Part shown: piece after piece, positions 29,791 through 41,259 of the stretch
Numbering within the stretch: position 1 is the stretch's first letter
How the letters are laid out: each line of letters begins with the position of its first letter
Origin: Alphaproteobacteria bacterium
Lineage (GTDB): Bacteria; Pseudomonadota; Alphaproteobacteria; GM7ARS4; G965262615
Assembly: GCA_965262615.1 (NCBI GenBank)
Contig: OZ253545.1
Coordinates: 96,001 to 160,000 of the forward strand
Direction of reading: 5' to 3'
Length of the DNA stretch: 64,000 bases
Notes under the pieces: generated by a model
The model's database searches: none
The model's input: only the letters and a program-made list of their open reading frames with translations
Told to the model about the DNA's origin: nothing
Position numbers and translations under genes: made by a program

Positions 29791-31566
29791 ATGGCAAGTG
29801 AAAATTTTGCAGATATATTGGAAGAAGAACTTCAAGAAATTGCTAAGCAGGAAGGCTTGTCTCTCAACACATCTAATGGCAAGGGTACAGCATTTGAGCT
29901 GTGGATATTTAACCTTTTCAATGAATTGTATTCAGATGAGAACCTAGAAAAAGACGGTCATGTTAAACACTCAAATGACCATGGTATAGACATTATCTTT
30001 CCCAGCAGTAACGGCAGTATGTATCTCATTCAAGCTAAAAATTGCGACGCTACCTCCGATGCGGCAGAAAAACTTTTTAGTAAATTAAACCTGATTGATA
30101 ATCCAGAAAATGCTAGCATGGTGGCAGGAGGAGACGATGTGCGCTTTGAGCTTTTGCAAAAGACTGCACAAAATTTCCAAAATAAAGATGGCAAGATTAA
30201 TTTGTGGCTTTTTACAACAGGGAAGGTAGATAAATCTTGTACGGAAATGCTAGAAATGTACAAAAATATTTACTCCAGCAACCAAAATGTTGACTGTAGG
30301 ATTCTTGGCTTGAAAGAAATGGAGGAGCTATATTATGGGAACGAGAGTAACGAACCTCCACCCATTATTTCCATCTCTTTGGATGAGGCAGGATTTTTTC
30401 AACTCCCGACAGAAAATAACAGCACGAGCAAAAATGTCACTCTGTGTGTACGAGGTTCTGTCTTGAGGGAATTGTTAAAAACAAAAGACTATGCAAGTCG
30501 CCTTTTTATTGAGAATATAAGAAAGCCACTAGGGGAGCGCGCGGCAACTAATCATAAAATGATTAAGACACTCATCTATGAACCCGAAAATTTCTTCTAT
30601 TACAACAATGGCGTGTCTGCAATTTGCAAAAATTATGAAATTGATGAACGCAACAAGAAGATAATAATTGAAAATCTTCAAATTATCAACGGAGCTCAAA
30701 CCAGCGGTGCTTTGAGCATCAATAGATTTACCGATAAAGAAAACAAAGACGGAAAAGGAAAGCCGCGCTTCTTTGACAAGAATTATATTGAACAACAAGC
30801 TGAAAAAACAAGAATTCTCATCAAATTAACATCTATTGAGAATGAAGATGAGGATGACGAGAATTTTAAAAGACGAATCATAATCTACAATAACACCCAA
30901 AACAAAGTGGAGCTATGGGACTTCAGAGCTAATGACCCTATCCAAGTAGGGCTTAAGGAGCAATTCGAGAAGTTCGGAATTAACTATATCATAAAAAGGG
31001 GGCATAACGCCGCAAGCAAAGATAGAAAGGTCACAAACCTTAGGATGGCTACTTTCGCCAAAATATGGCTTGCTTGGGACAAGAATGAACCTTGGGAAGC
31101 AAGCAAAACGCCTGCACAATTGGTAGACAATTTTTACGAAAAAATATTTGGTGACGAAAATCAAAAATTTTGGAAGGACGATGATGTGCGACAAGCAGTA
31201 ATAGCCGTTCGTTCTTTTACGAAGATTCGTGCTTTAATCAGCTTACACAATAAAAAAGAAAGCAGCAAAAACAGGCAGCTTGATTATCTTAAATACTTTG
31301 CCTTATGCCTTTTCAAGACTTATCTTGAAAAGCAAAAGACAGTATCAAAAAAGGATGACCAGTTTTATCAAGATTGGATTGAAAACGAGTCTCTTGCTGA
31401 AAGAGATTATAAGAGCTTTGGGGATATAATGATTGTCCCCATCAAAACAATTTATGACGATAATGAAAAAAAACATAAGGATCAAAGAGGACTTGAAAGG
31501 GACAAGGAAATTTATGAAGGCATCAAAAAATTATTTGAAAAAAATTTGAAAAGCAAACTCAAGTAG
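29791..31566 (+). CDS. AIPR family protein with an N-terminal Mrr-like endonuclease motif
   Basis: LFIENIRKPLG, EPENFFYYNNG, LQIINGAQT, NNTQNKV; N-terminal DHGIDII...LIQAK; AT-rich; AAGGAG RBS. Confidence 0.88.
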   Translation: MASENFADILEEELQEIAKQEGLSLNTSNGKGTAFELWIFNLFNELYSDENLEKDGHVKHSNDHGIDIIFPSSNGSMYLIQAKNCDATSDAAEKLFSKLNLIDNPENASMVAGGDDVRFELLQKTAQNFQNKDGKINLWLFTTGKVDKSCTEMLEMYKNIYSSNQNVDCRILGLKEMEELYYGNESNEPPPIISISLDEAGFFQLPTENNSTSKNVTLCVRGSVLRELLKTKDYASRLFIENIRKPLGERAATNHKMIKTLIYEPENFFYYNNGVSAICKNYEIDERNKKIIIENLQIINGAQTSGALSINRFTDKENKDGKGKPRFFDKNYIEQQAEKTRILIKLTSIENEDEDDENFKRRIIIYNNTQNKVELWDFRANDPIQVGLKEQFEKFGINYIIKRGHNAASKDRKVTNLRMATFAKIWLAWDKNEPWEASKTPAQLVDNFYEKIFGDENQKFWKDDDVRQAVIAVRSFTKIRALISLHNKKESSKNRQLDYLKYFALCLFKTYLEKQKTVSKKDDQFYQDWIENESLAERDYKSFGDIMIVPIKTIYDDNEKKHKDQRGLERDKEIYEGIKKLFEKNLKSKLK

Positions 31567-31620
31567 GGGACTTGCTTCACCCCACTTGAGCATTGGCGCG
31601 CCGATGGCTACAATCACCTT

Positions 31621-32109
31621 ATGAGTGGTAATCAACGGCACTATCAGATTCTTGTCAAAGATGCCTTGTTGGGGGTGATGCGGGATATTCTCGCTCAGGT
31701 GAGCCGCCATGGGCTTCGGGGCGAGCAGCATTTCTACATCACTTTTCACACCCATCATAAGAATGTGCAGTTGCCGGACCAGCTGAGGGCGCGCCATCCT
31801 GAGAGCATGACCATTGTGCTGCAGCATCAGTTTGAGAACCTCGTGAGCCACCACGACTGCTTTGATGTCACGCTTATTTTTGATGGCAAGGCGGCGCGCA
31901 TCAGCGTGCCGTTTGCCGCCATCTCACAGTTCGCCGACCCAGACGCGCCCTTCGTCCTCAACATGGAGCAAAAAGAAGCCGAAAAAACGCCAGACAAAAA
32001 AACTGACAAAAAAACCGACAAAAAAACCAAAGGCAAAAAAAGCAAAAGCAAGGATAATGTCATCGCTCTCAGCGAATTTCAAAAAGACAAAAATGAGCCC
32101 TCACCATGA
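31621..32109 (+). CDS. sspB: ClpXP adaptor SspB (alphaproteobacterial type)
   Basis: [21 protein letters not shown], and a C-terminal NVIALSEF ClpX-binding tail. Confidence 0.92.
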   Translation: MSGNQRHYQILVKDALLGVMRDILAQVSRHGLRGEQHFYITFHTHHKNVQLPDQLRARHPESMTIVLQHQFENLVSHHDCFDVTLIFDGKAARISVPFAAISQFADPDAPFVLNMEQKEAEKTPDKKTDKKTDKKTKGKKSKSKDNVIALSEFQKDKNEPSP

Positions 32110-33509
32110 ACACTCATCGTGAGGAACGCGACTCGCTTGGCTCGGTGCGAGTTCCCAAAGACTGCTATTGGGGGGCGCAAACGCAACGCTCCGTGATGAA
32201 TTTCGCCATCGGCACGGAATCCATGCCATGGGAACTCATTGATGCCTTCGCCATTCAAAAAATAGCCGCCGCCATATGTAATTATCACTTGGGCTTGCTG
32301 GACAAAAAAATCTGTGATGCCATCGTTCGCGCCGCCAGCAAAATTCGTGAGGGTTCGGTGAGAGATCAATTTCCTCTTAAAGTCTGGCAGACGGGCTCAG
32401 GCACGCAAACCAACATGAACATGAATGAGGTCATCAGCAATCTTGCCATTGAATCACTGGGAGGGACACGGGGCAGCAAAGACCCCATTCATCCCAATGA
32501 CCATTGCAACATGAGCCAATCCTCCAATGATTCCTTTCCCACCGCCATGCACATAGCCACCGCCCGCATGGTTCATGATGTTGTGTTGCCCGCCTTTGAT
32601 TCGTTCATTGCCTCACTGGCGGCAAAGGAGCGAGAGTTTGCCTCCATCATCAAAATCGGACGCACCCACACGCAAGATGCCACACCTCTCACCTTGGGTC
32701 AGGTTTTTTCCGCGTATGGCAGTCATGTGTCGTCTCACCGCGATCACATCGCTCGCTGTCTGGACGGCGTGACAATGCTGGCACAGGGAGGCACGGCGGT
32801 GGGAACAGGACTCAACGCCCCGCAAGGATTTGATGAAATGATGGCAAAAGAAATCAGTGCTCTCACCAAAATAAAATTTCGCCCTGCTCATAATAAATTT
32901 GCGGCTCTGGCATCTCATGATGGCATCAGTCAATTGGCATCGGTGCTGAGCTCTGCCTCCGCCGTCTTGCTTAAAATAGGCAATGACATTCGTCTGTTGG
33001 CATCGGGACCTCGCAGTGGCTTGGGTGAATTGATTTTGCCGGCATTGGAGCCAGGGTCTTCCATCATGCCGGGCAAGGTCAATCCCACGCAATGCGAGGC
33101 ATTGACGCAAGTGGCGGCGCAAGTGATTGGCAACAGCACCACCATCACGGTGGCGTGCAGTCATGGACAATTTGAACTCAATGTCTTTAAGCCTGTGGTC
33201 ATCTATAATATGCTTCAATCGCTGCGCTTGATTGCCGATGCCATGAATTCATTTCGCACTCACTGTCTGGATGGCATCATCGCCAATGAACAACGCATTC
33301 ACCTGTTGATGGAACAATCGCTCATGCTGGTCACGGCTTTGAATAAACATATTGGGTATGATCGCGCCGCCGCCATTGCCAAAAAAGCTCACGAGACCGG
33401 TAGCACGCTGCGTGATGCCGCCACCGAGAGCGGATGGGTCACCTCACAGCAATTTGATGACTGGGTGAAGCCGAACGCCATGCTCGCTCCATTCTCTTTA
33501 GAAAAATGA
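32106..33509 (+). CDS. fumC: Class II fumarate hydratase
   Basis: [34 protein letters not shown]. Confidence 0.97.
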   Translation: MNTHREERDSLGSVRVPKDCYWGAQTQRSVMNFAIGTESMPWELIDAFAIQKIAAAICNYHLGLLDKKICDAIVRAASKIREGSVRDQFPLKVWQTGSGTQTNMNMNEVISNLAIESLGGTRGSKDPIHPNDHCNMSQSSNDSFPTAMHIATARMVHDVVLPAFDSFIASLAAKEREFASIIKIGRTHTQDATPLTLGQVFSAYGSHVSSHRDHIARCLDGVTMLAQGGTAVGTGLNAPQGFDEMMAKEISALTKIKFRPAHNKFAALASHDGISQLASVLSSASAVLLKIGNDIRLLASGPRSGLGELILPALEPGSSIMPGKVNPTQCEALTQVAAQVIGNSTTITVACSHGQFELNVFKPVVIYNMLQSLRLIADAMNSFRTHCLDGIIANEQRIHLLMEQSLMLVTALNKHIGYDRAAAIAKKAHETGSTLRDAATESGWVTSQQFDDWVKPNAMLAPFSLEK

Positions 33510-34459
33510 AAGACACCCACTCACTCATGGCAGATTTGCACGCGGCGGTGGCGCGCGTGATCAAGGGACAAGATGGGGTCATCTCATCGGTTCTGACGGC
33601 GATTTTGGCAGAGGGACATGTGTTGCTGGTGGGCGTTCCCGGCGTCGGCAAGACTCTGCTCACGCGCACACTGGCGGTGGTGATGGGACTGGACAGCAAA
33701 CGCATTCAATGCACCCCCGATTTGATGCCCAGCGATATCATCGGCAGTGATATATTGGATGAACACGATGGAACGCGTCAATTTCGCTTTGTGGAAGGAA
33801 CGGTCTTTACTCAGTTGCTGCTAGCCGATGAGATCAATCGCGCGAGCCCCAAGACGCAAAGCGCGCTGCTGGAGGCAATGGAAGAGCGCGCCATTTCCAC
33901 AGGCGGCACGAGCCATCCCCTGCCGCATCCGTTTCATGTGCTGGCGACTCATAATCCGCTGGAACAAGAGGGGACATATCCTTTGCCGGAAGCTCAGTTA
34001 GACCGTTTTATTCTGCGCTGCATGATGGACTATCCCTCTGCCAAGAGCGAAGAAGAAATCATCATCACCACCACCGCCGCCAAGCCGCCTGAGGCACAAG
34101 CTGTCATGAATGCCGACCAATTGATGCACTGCCAACACAATCTCAAACACATGCCCATTGCGAGCCATGTGAGCGGCGGCATCACCCGCCTCATTCAAGG
34201 ATTGCGTCCTCACAGTCTCTACGATGACTCTTTGAAGGATCAGATTGCGTGGGGACCTGGTCCTCGTGCGGGACAATCGCTGCTGCGTCTGGCTCGAGCG
34301 CGTGCGGCACTGGATGGCAGAGAATCACCCTCACCCGATGATGTCCATGCCCTTGCCATTGCCGCCTTGGCTCACCGCATGGCACTGTCGCCCTACGCCC
34401 AATTGGAGCATCACGACTGTCACGCCATCATTCGCGCGGCTGCCGATGCCCTTCTTTGA
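33506..34459 (+). CDS. MoxR family AAA ATPase
   Basis: [40 protein letters not shown]. Confidence 0.95.
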   Translation: MKDTHSLMADLHAAVARVIKGQDGVISSVLTAILAEGHVLLVGVPGVGKTLLTRTLAVVMGLDSKRIQCTPDLMPSDIIGSDILDEHDGTRQFRFVEGTVFTQLLLADEINRASPKTQSALLEAMEERAISTGGTSHPLPHPFHVLATHNPLEQEGTYPLPEAQLDRFILRCMMDYPSAKSEEEIIITTTAAKPPEAQAVMNADQLMHCQHNLKHMPIASHVSGGITRLIQGLRPHSLYDDSLKDQIAWGPGPRAGQSLLRLARARAALDGRESPSPDDVHALAIAALAHRMALSPYAQLEHHDCHAIIRAAADALL

Positions 34460-35333
34460 GCCCTTCTTTAAGAAAGACACGGCGGCACACTGGGTGCATG
34501 AGGCGCGCGTGCTGTTTAGCCAATTGCCCGCACGGGGGCTTGTGGGAAGCCGCAAAGCCAATGCACCCTTTCTGTCAGGACAGCACCCCAGCCAGCTGCA
34601 TGGAGAGGGCAGTGAGTTTCATCAGCTGCGTCCCTTTCAGCAGGGCGATCCTCTCACCGCCATTGATTGGCGCGCCACCGCTCGCACCGCTCGCCAGGTC
34701 ATCACCAAAGAAAAAAAACGAGAAGGACAAATCAAAACCCTCCTTGTCTGTGATGCCTCCGCCTCCATGACTCATGATGCCCTCATGGCAAAATATGAGC
34801 GCGCCGCGACGCTCAGCCTCACCCTTGCCCTTGCCATTCGCAAAAACGAACAAAGCCTCATTGTCTATCGCACGCGCCAACGCAACCAAGACATCATGGC
34901 GATGGCGCGTCATTTGTGGCAAGAAACACGCCTTGCAACCCCCGCGTCATTGGAAGAGCGATTGCACCATCACGGCAAGGGCTACCGTCTTATTTTGATG
35001 ACTGACGGATTTTTGCCGCGCGATGAGTGGCGCACAATTTTTCAAACAATCACTGGGCACGCCATGCGCGGTGCGTTGGTGCTGATTCATGCGCGCGAGG
35101 AGATGGCGTTTCCTTTCACGGGGCGTATTCTTTTCTCCGATGAACACAATGAGCGGCTCATTTATTCAGCCTCTCATCAGCAAGCGCACTACATAAAGGC
35201 GTTGCGTTTGCATCATGACTGGCTCTATGAACAGGCTCACAAATCGTCCTTGCGTTGCTTCACCCACTGCATTGATGAGGATGCGCGCGCTTTGCTTGTC
35301 TCTGTGACTCATCATTTGACGGATTTAACATGA
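34446..35333 (+). CDS. DUF58 (vWA-like) protein
   Basis: G.EFHQLRPF..GD, IDWRATAR, DASASM; follows MoxR. Confidence 0.88.
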   Translation: MPFFEPFFKKDTAAHWVHEARVLFSQLPARGLVGSRKANAPFLSGQHPSQLHGEGSEFHQLRPFQQGDPLTAIDWRATARTARQVITKEKKREGQIKTLLVCDASASMTHDALMAKYERAATLSLTLALAIRKNEQSLIVYRTRQRNQDIMAMARHLWQETRLATPASLEERLHHHGKGYRLILMTDGFLPRDEWRTIFQTITGHAMRGALVLIHAREEMAFPFTGRILFSDEHNERLIYSASHQQAHYIKALRLHHDWLYEQAHKSSLRCFTHCIDEDARALLVSVTHHLTDLT

Positions 35334-35334
35334 G

Positions 35335-37932
35335 ATGTCATCGGTTCAATTGACCTATCCCCTGTTTTTGATTCTTTTGGTATTGTTGCCTTTTTTGTGG
35401 CGTTTCTTGCGTCACATGCCGCCTGCTCCTCGCCGTGTTTTTTTCGGCGGCACGATGTTACTGCAGCAAAAAGCCATGCGCTCTGAGAAAAAAAAGCACA
35501 ATGTGTGGCTGTTGCTTCTGCGTTTGCTGGCGGTGGCACTGATGATTGTGGCGGCATCGCAGCCACGCCTTTTTGATGACACCGCACCGCTATCCACCAC
35601 TAGCGACACCCCTCCTTTGCTCATCATGGATTTAGATTGGGCAAGCGGTCAGAATTTCGCCGCCATGCAGGAACAAGCCGTGACATGGCTGGATGGTCAT
35701 GGTGCGCCGGTGCTGCTGTTCAGCACCACCCCAACGACACGCGGCTCTGTGTTGCCGCCTCAATTGATGAGTGAGCGTGCCGCGCGGCGATGGGTGCAAC
35801 AACAGGTGCCGCGCGCATGGTTCAATGACTACGAGGAAGCGCAATCCCTGCTTGCCTCTGTTCGTGCCTCTCGCGTGATGTGGGTCACGCACGACATGAC
35901 ACAACAGGATAAAAAAGAATTTGCCGATTTTCTCGCCGCCAAAGGCGACCTCACCATTGCACTGACACCTCTTCCCTCTCTTGCCATTGTCGGGCAACCT
36001 CGCGATGGCGCGCCTGCCACCGCCATTGCCGATGTTAAAAGCCGTGATGACTCCCTTGCGCGCGCCTTATCATTCGCCAATCACAAAGGACGCAATCAAA
36101 CCACCGTGACGATTTCTGGCTCTGCTGCGATTGATATGCCTCCCCTGCTGAAGACGCGCGAACCCACCGCTGAGCTCATTGTCTCTGACCAACGCCATGC
36201 GGCGGCTCGTTTATTATTTGCGCGGGCTCTGCCTTCGTGGCGTTTGGGAATCATTGCAGGACGACAAGTCTCGCCGCTGTTGGAGGAATCTCACTACATC
36301 ACGCAAGCATCGGTGAGATTTTCCTCGCCTCTGACTGGCACGGTGCAATCATTGCAACAACAAAGCCGCGTCATCATTCGCACCGACAATGTCACCCTCA
36401 CGCCTGAACAAGAAGAATCCCTCACCCAATGGGTGGCGGATGGGGGTCATCTCATTCGCTTTGCTGGCTCGCGTCTTTATCATCTGGCTGACAATCAGCC
36501 TTATGCACACTTTGCCTTGACTCCCCTGCAACAAGGTGAGCTCTCCGAGCGCGCCGCTCTGCCTTTGCTGCCTTTTGCGCAAACGAGTCCCTTGTTTGAT
36601 GTGTCCATTCCCTCTGACCTCACCCTCACGCCACATCTGTTGCTGCGCGAGCAGCCTGATTCTCCCATTGAAATCTGGGCACAATTGGAGGGAGGCATTC
36701 CGTGGATTGTCAGCCGTCCCCACCATAAGGGGCGAGAGACTCTTGTTCTCACCACCGCCAACACCGAGTGGAGCGATTTGGTGCTGTCGCCGCTTTTTCC
36801 ACCTCTGCTGGAACGCCTCACCGCCGTGCAAACCTCGTTTGTCGCCGACAACACCGCCGCCAGCAGTGGCGAGTGGCAGGCTCTTGTCACCCTCAACGGC
36901 TATGGCGAACGCACGCCTCATGATGATTCGTTTTTTGCCTCATTTGACACCACCGATGCTCCCAGTGCGGCTCATCCCCCCGGCTTGTATCGCCATCGCC
37001 TCAATGGCATCACGGTGGCGCACAATCTTGGCGACCACATTGATGACCTCACGCCCTTTGCCGATTTCCCCGCTTCTGCCCGCTTTGCTCATGATGGCAA
37101 TTCCACGCAACCCATCATTGATCTGGCACCCTATCTGGCATTGGTTGCCTTGTTGTTATGGCTGATGGATTTATGGCTGCTGCGATTTTTATCCTATCTC
37201 ATCTTGGTGTTGATTGTTCTTCCCAGCCCGTCATGGGGGGATATCAGCGATGACGGTTGGCGGGCGGCGAGTCATCCCACCATTGGCATCATTTCGCAAA
37301 GCACCGTGCCTTCGTGGCTGCACCAAGCTCTCAAAGGCATCAGTGATACCACCAGCCAGCGCACCACCACCGACATGGCAACCCCACGCATCGTTGACCT
37401 GCAAAGCGACACCCTGCCTCTGTATCCCATGCTCTATTGGCGTTTTGCCGATGGCATGAAGCCTCTGGACAAAAATCAGGCAGCTCGTCTCAATCGCTAC
37501 ATGGAACAAGGAGGCATCCTGCTCTTGGATGTCAGTGACTGGGAGGGCGATGTCACCACCATGACGCGCCATCTGGTCATTCCGCCCCTTGTCCCTATGC
37601 CTTATGACCATGCTCTCACGCGCGCTTTTTATCTGTTGGAGCGCGCTCCCAATTTCAATAGCCAAGATGTCTGGCTGAGTCGTCAGCCTCATCCTCTTCA
37701 TGACCATGTGAGTCCTGTCATTGTTCTGAATCATGATTATGCTCGTATGTGGCTGGCGTATCATGTGAGTCGTCATTCGTCTTCGCCTTTTGCTGCGCCG
37801 CCCGCTGCCAGTGTGGATGGCGCGGTGCGCTTTGGCGTCAATCTCATCCTTTATGGATTGACCGGACAATACAAAAAAGACCAGGTGCATCTGGATATCA
37901 TCCTCAAGCGTCTGAAAAACAGAGCCCGCTGA
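35335..37932 (+). CDS. BatA-N / DUF4159 domain membrane protein
   Basis: N-terminal BatA-like TM pair (LLLLRLLAVAL...QP); C-terminal YPMLYW, HALTRAFYLL, FGVNLILYGLTGQYKKDQVH. Confidence 0.8.
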   Translation: MSSVQLTYPLFLILLVLLPFLWRFLRHMPPAPRRVFFGGTMLLQQKAMRSEKKKHNVWLLLLRLLAVALMIVAASQPRLFDDTAPLSTTSDTPPLLIMDLDWASGQNFAAMQEQAVTWLDGHGAPVLLFSTTPTTRGSVLPPQLMSERAARRWVQQQVPRAWFNDYEEAQSLLASVRASRVMWVTHDMTQQDKKEFADFLAAKGDLTIALTPLPSLAIVGQPRDGAPATAIADVKSRDDSLARALSFANHKGRNQTTVTISGSAAIDMPPLLKTREPTAELIVSDQRHAAARLLFARALPSWRLGIIAGRQVSPLLEESHYITQASVRFSSPLTGTVQSLQQQSRVIIRTDNVTLTPEQEESLTQWVADGGHLIRFAGSRLYHLADNQPYAHFALTPLQQGELSERAALPLLPFAQTSPLFDVSIPSDLTLTPHLLLREQPDSPIEIWAQLEGGIPWIVSRPHHKGRETLVLTTANTEWSDLVLSPLFPPLLERLTAVQTSFVADNTAASSGEWQALVTLNGYGERTPHDDSFFASFDTTDAPSAAHPPGLYRHRLNGITVAHNLGDHIDDLTPFADFPASARFAHDGNSTQPIIDLAPYLALVALLLWLMDLWLLRFLSYLILVLIVLPSPSWGDISDDGWRAASHPTIGIISQSTVPSWLHQALKGISDTTSQRTTTDMATPRIVDLQSDTLPLYPMLYWRFADGMKPLDKNQAARLNRYMEQGGILLLDVSDWEGDVTTMTRHLVIPPLVPMPYDHALTRAFYLLERAPNFNSQDVWLSRQPHPLHDHVSPVIVLNHDYARMWLAYHVSRHSSSPFAAPPAASVDGAVRFGVNLILYGLTGQYKKDQVHLDIILKRLKNRAR

Positions 37933-39953
37933 TGCACACCATCATCCTTGAGCCCCTGATTCCTGTGTCTGTGCTCATCCCCCTGCTCACGGTGATGCTG
38001 GTGACACTCCTCACGGCGCGCCGCCGTATTGCTTTGGTGTGGCGACTCATCTCACTGGTGCTGTTTGCTTGGGTGCTTGCCAATCCCACCATTGAGACCA
38101 CCCAAGGAGCTGCCGTGCCACCATCGGTGCTCATCCTTATTGATGAGTCCGCCAGCATGGAACTCAATAACGGCATTTTCAAAGCCGAAGAAAAAGCACA
38201 GCAACTCAGCGACATCATCAAGCAGCAAAAACCAAACGCGCGGGTGATTGTCAAACGCATGAGCCATCATGAGAGTGAAGAGACCCACCTCTTCGCCGCT
38301 CTCAAAGATGCCCTTGCCTCTGTGACCGTCACCCACTGGAGTGCCATCGTGCTGGTGAGTGACGGCATTGTCCATGACGCGCCCTCATCCACAGAGGCAA
38401 GCCGCCTGTTGCAACAAATCAATGCACCCATTCACCTCATCCATGTGGGAGACCCACCACATCATGACCGCCGTCTCATCGTGGACAATCACCCCACCTT
38501 TGCCCTCAAGGGCAGCTCCGTCCAAGTGCGCCTCACCGCCACCAGCACCCATTCCCAAGACCGACTCATTCCCCTCACCATCTTTTATGATGACCGCGAG
38601 TGGAAAAATATGACCCTCACGCCAGGAGAAACACGCACCATCACCCTGCCCATCACTCATATTGGCAAAAATCGCTATCATTTCTCTGTCCCCGCCGCTC
38701 TGGAAGAAAATTACACCCTCAATAATGATGACTTTCTCACCATAGAAGCTTTGCACGATTCGGTGCGGGTGCTGTTGCTGTCTGGCGCGCCATCTCTGGA
38801 GGGACGTCCTCTGCGAGATTTTCTCAAAGCCGATGGTTCGGTCAATTTGGTGCATTTGACCATTTTGCGCAGTGGTCCCATCATGGACAATGTCTCCGAG
38901 CGCGAGCGGGCGTTGATTGACTTTCCCGAACGAGAGGTGTTCTCAGAACAAATTGGCGAATTTGATGTGATTATTTTCAATAACTATCGCCACAACAGCA
39001 TCATTCGCCCTGCTTATGCTCACGCCATTGAGCGGCATGTGCGAGCGGGGGCAGGCTTGATGATGATTGAAGGAGACCCGCCGCGCAATGCTCAAGCCAC
39101 CACGCACCATGCCCTTCATGCACTGCTGCCACTGCTGCCGTCTGCGCCACCGCGGCTGAAATCGTATGAAGTGCGGCACAGTGACATCGGCACAAAGCAT
39201 CCCATCACGCGCGATCTGCCTCTTGATGACAGTGCGCCGTGGCTCATCATCACGCCCACGCGCCTTAAAAAGAATAACGGCACTGTCTTGCTGGAAGACT
39301 CCATTGACAAGCACACCATCCTCGCCATCCGAGAAGAGGAAAAAGGACGCATCGCCCAATTCGCCACCAACAATAATTGGCTATGGGCACGGGGGTTTCA
39401 AGGAGGCGGACCGCATGCTCAGTTGCTCAAAAAAACCATCCATTGGCTGCTCAAAGACCCCACATTGGAAGAGGAGCGTCTGATTGCCGCGATTGATCAC
39501 AATCAGCTCACCATCACACGCCACAGCGCGCGCCAACTGCCGCCACAGCTCACCGTCACCGACCCCGCCGGTGACACCACCACACTGCCTCTCGCTGCCA
39601 GCAATGATTTCACCGCCACCGCCGCCATGACCATCGCTCATAAAGGACTCTACCGCATTGACGATGGCACGCTGGCGACCACCGCACGCACCCCATTTGG
39701 CAAAGAATACCATTCCATCACGCCCACCGCCGAGCCTTTGTCGGCACTGCTGGCGAACGGAACAATCATCACCAATGCCATACTACAACCCCAATGGGAC
39801 ACATCTCTTGATGCCGGCACATTCACCTTTCTTGAACACGAAGAGCTCGTGCCTCATCGCCTGACGCAGCAGCCTCTTGTGCCTGAGTGGCTGTTGGTGA
39901 TGCTGCTGGCGTTGTCGGTCGTTGCCAGCTGGTATCGCGAAAGTCGTTTTTAG
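37932..39953 (+). CDS. Membrane protein with vWA-like and glutamine amidotransferase-like domains (MoxR operon)
   Basis: LIDESASM, LVSDG, RVLLLSG, LVHLTILR, WLWARG; terminal TM helices. Confidence 0.75.
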   Translation: MHTIILEPLIPVSVLIPLLTVMLVTLLTARRRIALVWRLISLVLFAWVLANPTIETTQGAAVPPSVLILIDESASMELNNGIFKAEEKAQQLSDIIKQQKPNARVIVKRMSHHESEETHLFAALKDALASVTVTHWSAIVLVSDGIVHDAPSSTEASRLLQQINAPIHLIHVGDPPHHDRRLIVDNHPTFALKGSSVQVRLTATSTHSQDRLIPLTIFYDDREWKNMTLTPGETRTITLPITHIGKNRYHFSVPAALEENYTLNNDDFLTIEALHDSVRVLLLSGAPSLEGRPLRDFLKADGSVNLVHLTILRSGPIMDNVSERERALIDFPEREVFSEQIGEFDVIIFNNYRHNSIIRPAYAHAIERHVRAGAGLMMIEGDPPRNAQATTHHALHALLPLLPSAPPRLKSYEVRHSDIGTKHPITRDLPLDDSAPWLIITPTRLKKNNGTVLLEDSIDKHTILAIREEEKGRIAQFATNNNWLWARGFQGGGPHAQLLKKTIHWLLKDPTLEEERLIAAIDHNQLTITRHSARQLPPQLTVTDPAGDTTTLPLAASNDFTATAAMTIAHKGLYRIDDGTLATTARTPFGKEYHSITPTAEPLSALLANGTIITNAILQPQWDTSLDAGTFTFLEHEELVPHRLTQQPLVPEWLLVMLLALSVVASWYRESRF

Positions 39954-41209
39954 AGGCGATGATGCGCCGCCATGCATGAGGCAAACTCCTCAAACAAGTG
40001 CGCCGCATCATGAGGACCTGGGGAGGCTTCGGGATGATGCTGCACCGAAAAAAATGGCTTTCCCCGAATTTCAATGCCCTCAACCGTGCCATCAAACAAT
40101 GACCGATGCGTCACCGTGACATCGGCGGGCAGGCTGTCCTCCACCACCACAAAGCCATGATTTTGCGCGGTAATCTCCACCCGCCCACTGCGCTCATCTC
40201 GCACGGGATGATTGCCACCCCTGTGTCCAAGCGTCATTTTTTTGGTTTTTGCTCCCAGAGCCAATGCCAACAACTGATGCCCCAAACACACACCAAACAA
40301 AGGAACGCCCGCCGCCATCAATTCCCTAATAACGCCATTGCTGGTGCGTGATGTGGCATGGGGGTCACCCGGTCCATTGGAGAGAAACACGCCGTGCGGC
40401 TCGTGAGCCAAAATCTCCTGTGCCGAGGCGCAAGGGGGCACAACGGTGATGCTCGCCCCAATGGCACTCAATTGACGCAGCAACGCTTCCTTGATGCCGT
40501 AATCAATCGCCACCACCCGAAAGCGTCCCTTTGTGTGATGAGGCTCATAGCCACTGCCATGATGCCACACGCCGCCATCTTGCCACACACGCGCCTCTGC
40601 ACTCGCCACGCGGCTTGCCCAATCCTCACCCTTGAGAGACGATACATCGCGCGCCTGTTGCAATAATGCTTCCTTGTCAAATTGCCCCTTCTCATCATGA
40701 CACAGCAGTGCACCCACCGCCCCGCGTTCACGAATATCCTGCGTGATGGCGCGCGTATCAACGCCATAGATTCCCACAATCCCGTGCCTAACAAGCCAGT
40801 CATGCAAAGAAGAAACCGACCTGTAGTTGGAAGGAGCGGTGGGACGATTCGCCATCACCACCCCCCGTGCCTGAGGATGACGCGCCTCATGATCCTCCTC
40901 ATTGACCCCCACATTGCCAATATGAGGCGCAGTGAAATTAATAATCTGTCCCGCATAGGAAGGGTCGGTGATGATTTCCTGATAGCCCGTCATGGAGGTA
41001 TTGAAGCACATCTCGCCCGTGACCATCCCTGTCGCGCCACATCCATAACCACCATAAATTGTGCCGTGCGAAAGCACCAATAATGCTGTGCAAACAGAAT
41101 CATCGTGCGGTGATGGTTTCATATGCGAATCATCTCGCAATGGCTGCTCGGTCGCACCAAGATGATCATCTTGCCGAATTGACTTATGCCCACCAAAATC
41201 AAAGTCCAT
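39950..41209 (-). CDS. carA: Carbamoyl-phosphate synthase small subunit (start may be 41122)
   Basis: FNTSMTGYQE, DPSYAGQI, SNGPGDP, GVCLGHQ, QHHPEASPGP. Confidence 0.97.
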   Translation of the reverse strand: MDFDFGGHKSIRQDDHLGATEQPLRDDSHMKPSPHDDSVCTALLVLSHGTIYGGYGCGATGMVTGEMCFNTSMTGYQEIITDPSYAGQIINFTAPHIGNVGVNEEDHEARHPQARGVVMANRPTAPSNYRSVSSLHDWLVRHGIVGIYGVDTRAITQDIRERGAVGALLCHDEKGQFDKEALLQQARDVSSLKGEDWASRVASAEARVWQDGGVWHHGSGYEPHHTKGRFRVVAIDYGIKEALLRQLSAIGASITVVPPCASAQEILAHEPHGVFLSNGPGDPHATSRTSNGVIRELMAAGVPLFGVCLGHQLLALALGAKTKKMTLGHRGGNHPVRDERSGRVEITAQNHGFVVVEDSLPADVTVTHRSLFDGTVEGIEIRGKPFFSVQHHPEASPGPHDAAHLFEEFASCMAAHHRL

Positions 41210-41259
41210 AAGACCTTATACCTCTTTCGTCACAAAACTGCAAATACTTAAAAACGGTG

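Noticed and set aside
31990-32050. 12-bp repeats encoding DKKT x3 in sspB
   Set aside because: Low-complexity linker before the ClpX-binding tail, which is expected to be variable.
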